Shown: in pieces, positions 18,122 through 27,516 of the stretch
How the letters are laid out: the number at the start of each line of letters is the position of its first letter
Position numbering within the stretch: position 1 is the first letter of the stretch
Assembly: GCA_034434555.1 (NCBI GenBank)
Contig: DAOTYZ010000169.1
Coordinates: 1 to 32,895, forward strand
Origin: Candidatus Roseilinea sp.
GTDB lineage: Bacteria; Chloroflexota; Anaerolineae; J036; Brachytrichaceae
Direction of reading: 5' to 3'
Length of the DNA stretch: 32,895 bases
Notes under the pieces: model-generated
Seen by the model: only the letters and a program-made list of their open reading frames with translations
The model's database searches: none
What the model was told of the DNA's origin: nothing
Made by a program: the position numbers and the translations under genes

Positions 18122-18997
18122 CTAAACAAGTCCGGCTGCCCTGGCGCGGGCGATCACTTTCTCGGCCTGTTTGATGATCGGCCCGTCCACCATCCGCCCA
18201 TCGAGCGCAAACGCGCCCAGGCCGCTGGCGGCGTGCGCCTGAGCTGCTTGTAGGATGCGTTGGGCGCGGGCGATCTCCTCGGCGGTTGGCGAGAAGGCGC
18301 GGTTGACCACCTCAAGCTGGCGCGGGTGGATCACCATCTTGCCGATATAGCCGAGCTGCCGACCGAAGCGGCATTCCTCTTCTAATCCGGCCAGGTCGTT
18401 CAGGTCGAAGAACACGATGTCTATCGCTTGTAGGCTGTTCGCGGCGGCGGCAATCACCACCGCGCTGCGGGCGTAGAGCACCTCCAGACTGGAGGGCGTG
18501 CGGATCGCGCCGATGTCGGCGGCCAGGTCGTCGGCGCCGAAGATCAACGCCTGGAGGGGTGGGCCGAGTTGGGCGATCTCGCGCAAGTTCATAACGCCTT
18601 TGGCCGTCTCAATGATAGCCAGCAGGGCGATCTCGGCCGGATTGAGGTTGTGTTGAATGGCCTGGGCAGCGATGAAGTCGCGCGCTGCGCGCAGGTCTTC
18701 GGCGCTATCTACTTTAGGGATGACGTAGCCATCGGGCCGGCTGGCGATCGTCTCCGCCACATCGGCTTGCAAGTAACCGCTGGACCAGGCGTTGAGGCGC
18801 ACCAGCCGCTCGCGCGGCCCAAAGTCCAACGTCGCCAGCAGCGCACGCGTGATCTGCCGTGCGCTGGCTTTGTTGCTGGGCGCGACGGCGTCTTCTAGAT
18901 CGAGCACGACGCTATCGGCGGGAAGCTGCGCGCCTTTCTCGATCTTGCGCTGGCTATCGCCGGGCATAAACAGCAGCGAACGTCGCAGCGGAGGCAT
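18122..18997 (-). CDS. CoA-ester lyase, HpcH/HpaI aldolase-citrate lyase (CitE-like) family
   Basis: RRSLLFMPG, LDLEDAV, IPKV, IIETAKG, GADDL, GKMVIHPRQ, DGRMVD; start re-called at ATG 18997. Confidence 0.92.
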   Translation of the reverse strand: MPPLRRSLLFMPGDSQRKIEKGAQLPADSVVLDLEDAVAPSNKASARQITRALLATLDFGPRERLVRLNAWSSGYLQADVAETIASRPDGYVIPKVDSAEDLRAARDFIAAQAIQHNLNPAEIALLAIIETAKGVMNLREIAQLGPPLQALIFGADDLAADIGAIRTPSSLEVLYARSAVVIAAAANSLQAIDIVFFDLNDLAGLEEECRFGRQLGYIGKMVIHPRQLEVVNRAFSPTAEEIARAQRILQAAQAHAASGLGAFALDGRMVDGPIIKQAEKVIARARAAGLV

Positions 18998-19007
18998 GGC
19001 GCGTGAT

Positions 19008-19466
19008 TCAGGTGGCAGCCGCTTTGCGCTTGAATAGCGCGGTGCGCTCGAACTCGATGACGACCTCGCCGCGCTGGTTGCGGCCGGCGTGGCGAAGTTG
19101 GACAATGCCGGCTTCGGGGCGCGAGCGCGATTCGCGCTTGTCCAACACCTCGCTGGTGACATACAGCGTATCGCCGTGGAACACCGGTCGAGGATGACGA
19201 ATGTTGTCGTAGCCGATGTTGGCGATGATCGTGCCAGCGGTCAGCTCTGGCACCGTCAGCCCCACGGCCAGGCTGAGGGTGAGCAGGCCGTTGACGATCC
19301 GCGTCCCAAAGGGCGTTTGGGCGGCGAAGTGTTCGTCCAAGTGTAGCGGCTGCGGGTTCATGGTGAGCGCGCAAAACAGCACGTTATCGGCTTCGGTGAT
19401 GGTGCGTCCGGTCGGGTGCTCGATGCGCATGCCGACTTCCAGCTCTTCAAAGTATTTGCCGGCCAT
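19008..19466 (-). CDS. MaoC-family (hot-dog fold) dehydratase
   Basis: [49 protein letters not shown]. Confidence 0.93.
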   Translation of the reverse strand: MAGKYFEELEVGMRIEHPTGRTITEADNVLFCALTMNPQPLHLDEHFAAQTPFGTRIVNGLLTLSLAVGLTVPELTAGTIIANIGYDNIRHPRPVFHGDTLYVTSEVLDKRESRSRPEAGIVQLRHAGRNQRGEVVIEFERTALFKRKAAAT

Positions 19467-19512
19467 GAACAAGATAGATTCTATCAGCAGTGGTCGGGGG
19501 CGTTCGCGCGCT

Positions 19513-19650
19513 GGAAGTGCGCCACTTGAAGGTGATACGAGAAACGCGCACCGCAGAGACGCAAAGGACGCAGAGATTTTTTACATATCCTCTGCGCTCT
19601 CTGCGCCTCTCATGTCGGTGGGCCAAGTCACCCCAAAGTTGAGCACTCCC
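19513..19650 (-). mobile_element. MITE-like repeat family A, full copy (inverted)
   Basis: Reverse complement reads GGGAGTGCTCAACTTTGGGGTGACTTGGC...CTCTGCGGTGCGCGTTTC...TCACCTTCAAGTGGCGCACTTCC. Confidence 0.7.
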
Positions 19651-19699
19651 TTACCTTCGCCCGGTGGACGCAGGCGCGTATATTAGTAGACTATTAGAG

Positions 19700-19900
19700 A
19701 TGATAGGGTGGCCTTACGAACAACGTGATGAGCGTGGGTCAAGCTGGAGCGAGTCATTGCGCGATGGCGTGACGGAGAAGGACTGGGATCAGTATGAGCA
19801 GTGCATCACTTGTCACGGGCGCGCCGAGATAGAGGAGACCGAGGACGGCGGCCTGATCTGTCGGGTATGCCGTGCCATGCTACCCCGACCGGCGACCTGA
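19700..19900 (+). CDS. Small acidic zinc-ribbon-like protein (66 aa)
   Basis: CITC...ICRVC; TAGACT -10 box at 19687-19692, 7 nt before the ATG. Confidence 0.6.
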   Translation: MIGWPYEQRDERGSSWSESLRDGVTEKDWDQYEQCITCHGRAEIEETEDGGLICRVCRAMLPRPAT

Positions 19901-19956
19901 TAAGCGCCGTTGATTGGGCGAGCGTGTCTCGCCCGTTTGTGCAAACCTGCCAGACG

Positions 19957-20745
19957 ATGGACAATGCCCTTGCCCGGCCAGTCGGCCACGATTTTCTGTG
20001 GCCGCATTTGCTGGAAGTGCCTTACTTTCGGGCGCTCCTAAGGGCGGTAGAGGCGCGCTTTTATCAGGACTTGCCGATCGTCCCGCCGGTGCTCGACCTA
20101 GGCTCTGGTGATGGCAGCTTTGCCGCACAGGCGTTTGCGCGCCCGTTGGATGTCGGGCTTGACCCGTGGCGACAGCCCCTGCGCGAATCGCGCGCGCGCG
20201 GTGCGCATAGGCTGTTGGTGCTGGCCCAGGGCGCGCGCTTGCCATTTGCGAACGCTGCCTTCAACACCATCATAAGCAACTCGGTGCTAGAGCACATTCC
20301 CGACCTCGACCTCGTACTTGCAGAGTGCTATCGCGTGCTTCGGACAGGCGGGCACTTGCTGTTCTCTGCGCCTTCTGATCACTTCACCGATTGGCTAATC
20401 GGCAGGAAGCTCTTTGGCGAGCGGTATGCGCGCTTCTTCAATCGCATCTCACGGCACTATCACTGCGAAGGGGCACAGGCATGGCAGGCACGTCTGACGC
20501 GCGCGGGGTTGGTTCTGGAGCGGGCCTGGTATTACTTCTCGCCGCGCGCGCTGCGCGCGCTGGAGCTGGGGCATTACCTGGGGCTGCCGAATTTGTTATA
20601 CAAGTGGCTGGCCGGGCGCTGGGTGCCCTTTCCGAGCCGGCACAACCCGCTCTTGCGCGCGCTGGAGGCGTGGCTGCGGCCGATTTACAACGAGCCGCTG
20701 CCGGCTACGGGGGCGTACATCTTCTGCGTGGCGCGCAAGCCCTAG
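19957..20745 (+). CDS. Class I SAM-dependent methyltransferase
   Basis: VLDLGSGDG, LPF.NAAF.TIISNSVLEHI, RVLRTGG; start re-called at ATG 19957. Confidence 0.88.
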   Translation: MDNALARPVGHDFLWPHLLEVPYFRALLRAVEARFYQDLPIVPPVLDLGSGDGSFAAQAFARPLDVGLDPWRQPLRESRARGAHRLLVLAQGARLPFANAAFNTIISNSVLEHIPDLDLVLAECYRVLRTGGHLLFSAPSDHFTDWLIGRKLFGERYARFFNRISRHYHCEGAQAWQARLTRAGLVLERAWYYFSPRALRALELGHYLGLPNLLYKWLAGRWVPFPSRHNPLLRALEAWLRPIYNEPLPATGAYIFCVARKP

Positions 20746-21440
20746 GCCTCGCCCACGTGAATCGCCATCGTCCCCAAGCCCAGCAAGTGATAACGCACGT
20801 TTCGATAGCCGGCGGCTTGCATGAGCTGCTTCAGCGGCTCAGCGGGCGGGAAGCGGGTGAGCGAATCGGGTAGATAGCGGTACGCTTGCAGGTCGCCGGC
20901 GATGATGCCGCCGATTAACGGCACCAACCGGTAAAAGTAAACGGCAAACAATTGCTTGAAGATCGGCGTCTGCGGATGGGTGATCTCCATGCACACGACC
21001 GGCTGGCCGGGCTTTACCACCCGCCTGATCTCGCGCAGGCAGCGCATCAAATCCACTGCGTTGCGCAGCAAGAAGGCGTTGGTACAGCCGTCGAAGGTCG
21101 CATCGGGGAAGGGCAGCGCGAGCGCGTCGCCCACCGCCCACGTGATGGCGCGTTCGCCGCGGGCCTGGGCTTTGCGCACACCCTCACGCAGGATGGGGGC
21201 GGAGAAGTCCACTGCCACGACGCGCGAATGGGGGTGGCACTGGCGCACGGCGAAGGCCAGGTCGCCGGTGCCAGTGGCCAGGTCTAGGATCAAGCCGTCC
21301 ACCGATTGGCCCAATTGGGCGGCGGCCTGGCGTCGCCATGCTTGGTCGCGCCCACCGGTCATCACGCGGTTCATCAGGTCGTAGCGCCGCGTGATGCGCG
21401 CAAACATGCGCTGAATCTGCTTGGCGCGCTCGCTGGACAT
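20742..21440 (-). CDS. menG: Demethylmenaquinone methyltransferase (MenG/UbiE)
   Basis: MF..I..RYDLMN..MTGG.D..WR, LDLATGTGD, GDALALPF, AYRYLP.S; TGATG coupling to menA. Confidence 0.93.
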   Translation of the reverse strand: MSSERAKQIQRMFARITRRYDLMNRVMTGGRDQAWRRQAAAQLGQSVDGLILDLATGTGDLAFAVRQCHPHSRVVAVDFSAPILREGVRKAQARGERAITWAVGDALALPFPDATFDGCTNAFLLRNAVDLMRCLREIRRVVKPGQPVVCMEITHPQTPIFKQLFAVYFYRLVPLIGGIIAGDLQAYRYLPDSLTRFPPAEPLKQLMQAAGYRNVRYHLLGLGTMAIHVGEA

Positions 21441-22330
21441 CAACGGAGCACAAGCCCTAACGAGAACAAGATAGAGAAGAACAGCCCCAGGCGCGCCGTG
21501 CGCCCCAAGATGGGATTGAGGGCCGGGCTGCGCGGCGTGCGCCATAGATCGCGTGTTAGGGCAACCGCTACAGGCGCGCTGATCAGGGGTAGGCAGAGCC
21601 ACCACCCGTTCGGCGCCTCGGTGATCAGCAGTATGAGCGGGACGAGGTAAGCGCCGGTCATGAGCGCGGTGTACTCAACGCGCGTCAGGCGGTCGCCGAT
21701 GCGCACGGCCAGGGTGCGCTTATTGGCCAGGCGATCGGTGTCTATGTCGCGCAGGTTATTCACGATGATGATGCAAGTGGCAAAGCAGGCGCTGGGCAGT
21801 GAGGCAGCGAAAGCGAGCCAGGTGAGCGTCCCAAGCTGTATATAGAATGTGCCCATCACCGCAACCACGCCGAAGAAGAGAAAAGCGAACAGGTCACCCA
21901 GGCCGTGGTAGGCGAGTGGGAACGGGCCGGCGGTGTAGGCGATCGCGCAGCCAATGGCCAGCACCCCTATCGCCAGGATCGGCCAGCCGCCGACGCTGAC
22001 GAGATAAACCCCGATCAACGCAGCGAGCGCGAACACGATCGCACTGCCGGCCATCATCTGGCGGACGGTGAGCAGGCCGCTCTGCGTGGCGCGCAACGGG
22101 CCGAGCCGGTGGCGATCGGCGCCTTTGAGGTAATCGAAGACATCGTTTGTGTAGTTGGCCCCAATTTGCAAGAGCACGGCGGCGATGAGCGTAGCAAGGA
22201 AGACGGGCAGCGAGAACGCGCCTGCGCGAATGGCGAGCGCGCTCCCAACAAGCACTGGCCCTATCGAAGCCGGCAGCGAGGGTAGGCGCGCAGCCAGCCA
22301 CCATGCCCGTATCTGATGGGCCGTGACCAT
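21440..22330 (-). CDS. menA: 1,4-dihydroxy-2-naphthoate polyprenyltransferase
   Basis: AR..SLPAS, LQIGAN..ND.FD..KGAD, YTAGPFPLAYHGLGD, NNLRDI.TD....KRTLAV. Confidence 0.95.
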   Translation of the reverse strand: MVTAHQIRAWWLAARLPSLPASIGPVLVGSALAIRAGAFSLPVFLATLIAAVLLQIGANYTNDVFDYLKGADRHRLGPLRATQSGLLTVRQMMAGSAIVFALAALIGVYLVSVGGWPILAIGVLAIGCAIAYTAGPFPLAYHGLGDLFAFLFFGVVAVMGTFYIQLGTLTWLAFAASLPSACFATCIIIVNNLRDIDTDRLANKRTLAVRIGDRLTRVEYTALMTGAYLVPLILLITEAPNGWWLCLPLISAPVAVALTRDLWRTPRSPALNPILGRTARLGLFFSILFSLGLVLR

Positions 22331-22333
22331 GGG

Positions 22334-22957
22334 TTAGAACAAGCTCAGTTGCTCGCCGGCGCTGCTGCTTGGCTGGGTGGGGGGCGCAGATGAAGCGTCG
22401 TGCTCAGCCTGGGCCGCCTTGATGATCGCCGGCAGCCGGCGAAAGTCTTCCTCGATCAACCCGCGCAGCGCGCGCTGGTGGAGCGCAGCCGCCGGATGGA
22501 ACATGGCCACCACGATGCGGCCATCCACATACTTTGCTTTGCCGTGAATGGCCGAGATCTTTTGACCAGGAAACCAGCGCGCCATTGAGAATCGCCCGAG
22601 GGTGATGATGACTTTGGGGTTGATCAGCGCGATCTGCTGATCAAGATAATGCGCGCACGCCTCGATCTCCTCTGGCAGCGGGTCGCGGTTGCCAGGGGGG
22701 CGACATTTGACCACGTTGGTGATGAACACCTGGTCGCGGCGATAGCCTGCTTGCTCCAGCAGTTCGGTGAGGAATTGGCCGGATGGCCCGACGAACGGCC
22801 GCCCCTGCTGGTCTTCGTGGAATCCTGGCCCTTCGCCGATCAACATGATCTCTGCCTGGGCCGGTCCCTCGCCGGGGACGGCGTGCGTGCGTCCGCCGGC
22901 AAGCCCGCACCGCGTGCACACACGAATCTGTTGCGCGATCTGCGCAAGGTCACTCAT
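22334..22957 (-). CDS. Family 4 uracil-DNA glycosylase (Fe-S type)
   Basis: CTRC, IGEGPG..ED.QGRPFVG, NVVKCRPP.NRDP, HPAA; TATAAT at 22971-22966 lies 8 nt before the ATG. Confidence 0.94.
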   Translation of the reverse strand: MSDLAQIAQQIRVCTRCGLAGGRTHAVPGEGPAQAEIMLIGEGPGFHEDQQGRPFVGPSGQFLTELLEQAGYRRDQVFITNVVKCRPPGNRDPLPEEIEACAHYLDQQIALINPKVIITLGRFSMARWFPGQKISAIHGKAKYVDGRIVVAMFHPAAALHQRALRGLIEEDFRRLPAIIKAAQAEHDASSAPPTQPSSSAGEQLSLF

Positions 22958-22980
22958 GGGGCGAGATTATAGGGGGATAG

Positions 22981-23608
22981 CGTGAGGGGGCATTCACCAA
23001 TAAGGGCGACCTTCTACCAAGCGATGCTGCCAGCGAAGGCGAACCTATAGAGGGTGGGCGACGGCACTGCCGTCGCCCACCCAGGGTTCTGCCCCTAGCT
23101 GTGAATGCACCCGTGAGGGGTGTGTTGGGTGCGTTCACCAATAGGGGCAAAGCTATCTCCTGGCGATGCTAACTTCCCACAGGCTACGCAGCCTGCGGGA
23201 GGGTGAAGGGGCGCATCTGTCATGCTGAGTGGAGCGAAGCATCTAGACTCGCGCCCAACCACACCCCTGCGAAGCCACCGCTACCGACTAGTTCCCTCAC
23301 TTACACCCCCTTTTATTCCCCCACTCGCGGGGGAATTAGAAGAGGGCAGAGGCAGGGGCGGCTGTGCAGGCTAAAGCTGCGCTGGCCTTAGAACTCGCAA
23401 CGCTTTTGTCGGCCGCGAGTTCAGATTCTTCGCCGACGCTCAGAATGACAGGGGCGGGGGTCGCTTGTGCCACTCTGCCGCGCTTTCCACCATCGCGCGC
23501 GAACGCACCCGCGTGAGGGGTGCGTTTGCCAATAAGGGCAGCCCTTTGTGGGCCGTGATCGGCGAAAGCAAAGCGAAAAAGAATGGGCGAAGGCAATGCC
23601 TTCGCCCA
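22981..23608. repeat. Mosaic of REP-like repeats and hairpins
   Basis: CGTGAGGGG...GCRTT....AATA(A/G)GGGC at ~22981, ~23111 and ~23512 (also ~1155); palindromes GGGCGACGGCAC/GCCGTCGCCC (23056-23078) and TGGGCGAAGGCAATGCCTTCGCCCA (23584-23608). Confidence 0.75.
23217..23451. repeat. Palindromic repeat family B, long copy
   Basis: CTGTCATGCTGAGTGGAGCGAAGCATCT...AGATTCTTCGCCGACGCTCAGAATGACAG inverted ends. Confidence 0.82.
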
Positions 23609-23639
23609 TCCAGGGCCTTGTTCGCTGCTTGTCACGACG

Positions 23640-24638
23640 CTACACTTCAACCAACTCGCCACCCTGTTTGGCACTTTTCTTGATCGCGTCCCAGAGCTGG
23701 ATCATGCGCAGGCCGTTCTCTGCTGGGCTGGGGTTCTCGATTTCGCCGCGCAGCACGCGCACGAAGGTCTCCCAGACCCCCAAGCTGGGCGGCAGTTCCA
23801 CCGGCTTTAGGTGCGGCTCGCCGCGCATCTGCACCTTGAGGTAGTCCCCCCATACCCCCAGTTGGATCACGCCGTTCTCGCAAAAGACCTTTACGTCCGA
23901 GTCGGTCACCGGCGCGGCACCGCAGCCGTGAATGGTGATCAACGCGCCGGAGGCAGTGCGGGCAATCGCTACCGTGAGGATGTCCACTTTAGTCTGGCGC
24001 TTGTCAATGAAGGCGGCCACCTCGGTAAACGGTTCGCCCAGCACATCTGCCACTGTGTTCAGCAAGTGCGCGCCGGTGTCGAACATGAAACCGCCGCCGG
24101 AGATCTTGGGGTCTTGGCGCCACTGGCCGCGCGTGAACTGTTCCCACTCCTGCCAGACATTGGCGCTGACGGTGAGGACAGCGCCCATCTCACCGGAGCG
24201 CAGCATCTCGGCCGCCTTGCGCACGGTGGGCGACATGCTGCCGTTGAAGGCCACGGCAAGGACGCGCCCGCTTTTGTCGCGGACTTTGATCAGGCGCTTG
24301 GCCTCCTTTGCGTTCATCACCATCGGCTTCTCCACTAACACATCCTTGCCGGCCTCCAACAGCGCTTTGGCCTGCGGAAAGTGTTGGTTGTGAGGCGTGA
24401 TGATGAAGCCCGCGTCTATGTGCTTGGCATACTTCTTCAAGAACTTATCAAAGTCCGGCTCGCAAGGAGGGACGGGTTGGCCGGCGCGCTCAAAAAGCTC
24501 AGCGGCCTTGTGGTAATTCTCCTTGTTCGGCTCGCAGATGGCCGTGATCTGCGTGGTGTCGGTTTGCTTGAGGATCTGCTGGATGTGATGGCGGGCCATG
24601 GCGCCCGCGCCGATGATGCCCAATCGAATCACCGTCAT
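23640..24638 (-). CDS. Gfo/Idh/MocA family oxidoreductase
   Basis: [39 protein letters not shown]. Confidence 0.93.
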   Translation of the reverse strand: MTVIRLGIIGAGAMARHHIQQILKQTDTTQITAICEPNKENYHKAAELFERAGQPVPPCEPDFDKFLKKYAKHIDAGFIITPHNQHFPQAKALLEAGKDVLVEKPMVMNAKEAKRLIKVRDKSGRVLAVAFNGSMSPTVRKAAEMLRSGEMGAVLTVSANVWQEWEQFTRGQWRQDPKISGGGFMFDTGAHLLNTVADVLGEPFTEVAAFIDKRQTKVDILTVAIARTASGALITIHGCGAAPVTDSDVKVFCENGVIQLGVWGDYLKVQMRGEPHLKPVELPPSLGVWETFVRVLRGEIENPSPAENGLRMIQLWDAIKKSAKQGGELVEV

Positions 24639-24744
24639 CGCGCATGCTCCGTTGAAATAAAGATGTGATGTGTGAGTCTATCAGATGTCGTTGCTTTTGC
24701 ACGGCGCGGGAGCGTTCACAGCGGGGGTGGGGCAACACCCTCGT

Positions 24745-25542
24745 TCACGCACCCTCGCCTTCCTCGTCGAGCGGGAAGGCGACGTTGAAGCCGGCATCCA
24801 CGTAATGCACCTCGCCGGTGACACCGGCGGCCAGGTCGGAGCACAGATAGGCCGCGGCATTGCCCACGTCATCAATCGTGATGTTGCGGTGAAGCAGGCT
24901 GACCTTGCCGAAGGCGTTGATCAGCGCGCGCGAGCCGGCGATGCCGGCCACTGCGAGCGTGCGGATCGGTCCGGCGGAGATGGCGTTCACGCGGATGCGG
25001 CGCTCATCCGCGCCGAAGTCGGCGGCCAGGTAGCGCACGCTGGCCTCCAGCGCGGCCTTCGCCACCCCCATCACGTTGTAGTGTGGCACGGCGCGCTGCG
25101 AGCCGATGTAGGTGAGGGTGAGCATCGCCCCGCCTGGCCGCATCAGCGGCAACGCAGCGCGCGCCAGCGCGGTGAACGAATACACGCTGATGTCCATCGC
25201 GGTCAGGAAGCCCTGCCGGCTGACCGTGTAGTACGGGCCGCTCAGGTCCTCGCGGTTGGCGAAGGCGATCGAATGCACCAGGATATCTATCTGTCCGAAG
25301 TAGCTGGCGGCTTTCTCCATCACCGCAGTGATGTCCTCATCCTTGGCCACATCGCATGGCTCAACCCAGTCAGCGCCGAGCGACTCGGCCAGCGGGCGCA
25401 CGCGGCGCTCCAACTTCTCGGTGGCGTAACTAAAGCCCAGAATTGCCCCCTCGCGGTGAAACGCCTTGGCGATCCCCCAAGCGATGCTGTGGTCGTTGGC
25501 CACGCCGAAGATCAGCGCGGTCTTGCCGGTGAGTAGTCCCAT
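24745..25542 (-). CDS. fabI: Enoyl-ACP reductase FabI
   Basis: GVAND.SIAWGIA, LVHSIAFA, MDISVYS, YNVMGVAKAALE, NAISAGPIRTLA, TGEVHYVDAG. Confidence 0.96.
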   Translation of the reverse strand: MGLLTGKTALIFGVANDHSIAWGIAKAFHREGAILGFSYATEKLERRVRPLAESLGADWVEPCDVAKDEDITAVMEKAASYFGQIDILVHSIAFANREDLSGPYYTVSRQGFLTAMDISVYSFTALARAALPLMRPGGAMLTLTYIGSQRAVPHYNVMGVAKAALEASVRYLAADFGADERRIRVNAISAGPIRTLAVAGIAGSRALINAFGKVSLLHRNITIDDVGNAAAYLCSDLAAGVTGEVHYVDAGFNVAFPLDEEGEGA

Positions 25543-25577
25543 GGTCAACCTCTCTGCTATGCTGGCGAAGTATACGC

Positions 25578-26540
25578 ATGGAGTGTTGCGTGTTGGGCGC
25601 GACCGGTTTCATTGGCGGGCAGATCGCCCGCGCAGCGCTCGCGCGCGGCTGGCGGGTGCGCGCGGTGCGCCGCCGGCCAGCCGCAGTGGGGGCGATCGGC
25701 GATCTGTCGGTCGTTTGGGCGCAGGCCGACCTCCGCGATCGCGCCGCGCTCGTCGAAGCGATGCGCGGTTGCGCGGTGGTCTTTCACGCAGCGGCGTCCT
25801 ATCCGCAGGGCAGCCGAAACCTCGAACAAGCGGTGGCCGAGGCGCGCGCAGAGATGACGAACGCCCTAGACGCGGCGCGGGCTGCCGGCGTCGCGCGCCT
25901 GATCTACACCAGCTCGCTGACCACCCTGGCCCGTCGCTACGTCCCCGGCATGGCCCCGCTCGACGAGCGGGATGTCTACACTGCCGGCGCAGCCCGCAGC
26001 GCCTATTACGAGGCTAAGCTGGCGATGGAACAGATTGCGCTGACGGCGCGCGATCTGGACGTGGTGGTGCTGCTGCCGACGGCGGTCTTCGGCCCCGGTG
26101 ACGTGAAGCCGACCACCAGCCTGGTGATCCGCGAGGCGGGACGCGGGCGCATCCCTATCTATTTCGATGCCGTGATCAATGCCGTGGATGGCCGCGACGT
26201 GGCGACGGCGCATCTGGCCGCTGCCGAGCGCGGACGAGCCGGCGAGCGATATATCCTCGGCGGCCACAACGTGACCCTGCGCGCGTTGCTGGAGGTCGCG
26301 GATCGCTGTCAGGGGGTGCGCCGCCGCCGGCTGCGCCTGCCGCGCGCGCTCCTGGGTGCGCTGGTCCGTCTGAGCGACGCGTTGCCCTTTGCCCTCCTAC
26401 CCGATCACCTGCGCATGTTCGCCTTTTGGTGTCCGGTGAACGCGCAGAAGGCCGAACGCGAGTTGGGTCACGTCGCGCGTCCAATCGAGGAAACCATCCG
26501 CGATACGCTGGCATGGTTCGGGCTATTGAAGCAGAGATAG
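25578..26540 (+). CDS. NAD-dependent epimerase/dehydratase (HpnA/dihydroflavonol reductase-like SDR)
   Basis: GATGFIG, FHAAA, YTSS, YYEAK, GPGDVKPT, GERYILGG. Confidence 0.9.
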   Translation: MECCVLGATGFIGGQIARAALARGWRVRAVRRRPAAVGAIGDLSVVWAQADLRDRAALVEAMRGCAVVFHAAASYPQGSRNLEQAVAEARAEMTNALDAARAAGVARLIYTSSLTTLARRYVPGMAPLDERDVYTAGAARSAYYEAKLAMEQIALTARDLDVVVLLPTAVFGPGDVKPTTSLVIREAGRGRIPIYFDAVINAVDGRDVATAHLAAAERGRAGERYILGGHNVTLRALLEVADRCQGVRRRRLRLPRALLGALVRLSDALPFALLPDHLRMFAFWCPVNAQKAERELGHVARPIEETIRDTLAWFGLLKQR

Positions 26541-26558
26541 CGAAGGCACGAGCGCTGT

Positions 26559-27512
26559 TTAGTTGAGGGCGCTGAAGAGCGGCCGCTCGCCGCGCAGGAC
26601 GCGCAATACGTCGTCAGCCACAGTCGTGCATACGCGCGCCTGCGATTCGACAGTCAGGCCAGCGATGTGTGGCGTGAGCAGCACGTTGTCCAGCGTCGCC
26701 AGCGGATCGTCGCCCATTGGCGGCTCTTGGGCGCGCACGTCAAGCGCAGCGCCGCCCAGCCGGCCTGTGCGCAGCGCGTCGGCCAACGCTGCCTCATCTA
26801 TGATTCCCCCGCGGCTGGTGTTGATCAAAATCGCGGTTGGTTTCATCAACGCCAGTCGCTCGGCGTTGATCAGATTGGCTGTGGTAGGCAGAAGTGGAAG
26901 GTGAAGCGAGACGAAGTCGCTGGTGCGCAACACGTCTTCCAATGGCATCAGCGCCACGCCAAGCTCGGCAGCGGCGAAGTGCATGGGCGTGATCAATGGG
27001 TCGTGGGCGATCACACGCATACCAAAGGCGAGGGCGCGCTTGGCGACCCGTGCGCCAATGTCACCCAGGCCGATCAGGCCCAGCGTCTTACCGTAAAGCT
27101 CTGCGCCGCTGCCAAAGGCCGCGCGATCCCAAGCGCCACCTTTGGTGCTGCGGTCGGCAGCCGGCAAACGGCGTGCCAGCGCGATCATCGCGCCGATGGC
27201 GTATTCGGCGACGGCAATCGAATTTGCCTGCCCACCGGTCACAACAACGATGTCCCGCGCGCGCAAGGCAGGCAAGTCGAGGTTATCGAGGCCGACGCCC
27301 AGTCGTCCAACGACTTTGAGCGCCGGCGCATGCGTCAGCAGTTCGGCGTCTACGCGGGTTTGGTTGCGCACGATCAGCGCCTGGCAATCGTTTAAGAGCG
27401 CAAAGAGCCGCTCGCGGGCACGCCACAGCGCCGGCTCGTAGATCACCTCGCCAGCAGTGTGCAAGCGCTCGATGCCCGTTGGCATCCATTCAGTGATGAC
27501 AATGCAGGCCAT
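26559..27512 (-). CDS. D-2-hydroxyacid dehydrogenase, PGDH-like without ACT domain; candidate sulfolactate dehydrogenase (SlcC-like)
   Basis: IVITE, ALIVRNQT.V, GRLGVGLDN, GLIGLGDIG, INTSRG, TPHIAG; substrate inferred from motifs and context. Confidence 0.85.
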   Translation of the reverse strand: MACIVITEWMPTGIERLHTAGEVIYEPALWRARERLFALLNDCQALIVRNQTRVDAELLTHAPALKVVGRLGVGLDNLDLPALRARDIVVVTGGQANSIAVAEYAIGAMIALARRLPAADRSTKGGAWDRAAFGSGAELYGKTLGLIGLGDIGARVAKRALAFGMRVIAHDPLITPMHFAAAELGVALMPLEDVLRTSDFVSLHLPLLPTTANLINAERLALMKPTAILINTSRGGIIDEAALADALRTGRLGGAALDVRAQEPPMGDDPLATLDNVLLTPHIAGLTVESQARVCTTVADDVLRVLRGERPLFSALN

Positions 27513-27516
27513 GCGG

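Noticed and set aside
23640..24638. Gfo/Idh/MocA enzyme as part of the sulfoquinovose pathway
   Set aside because: Separated from the operon by fabI and an oppositely oriented epimerase; no specific signature.
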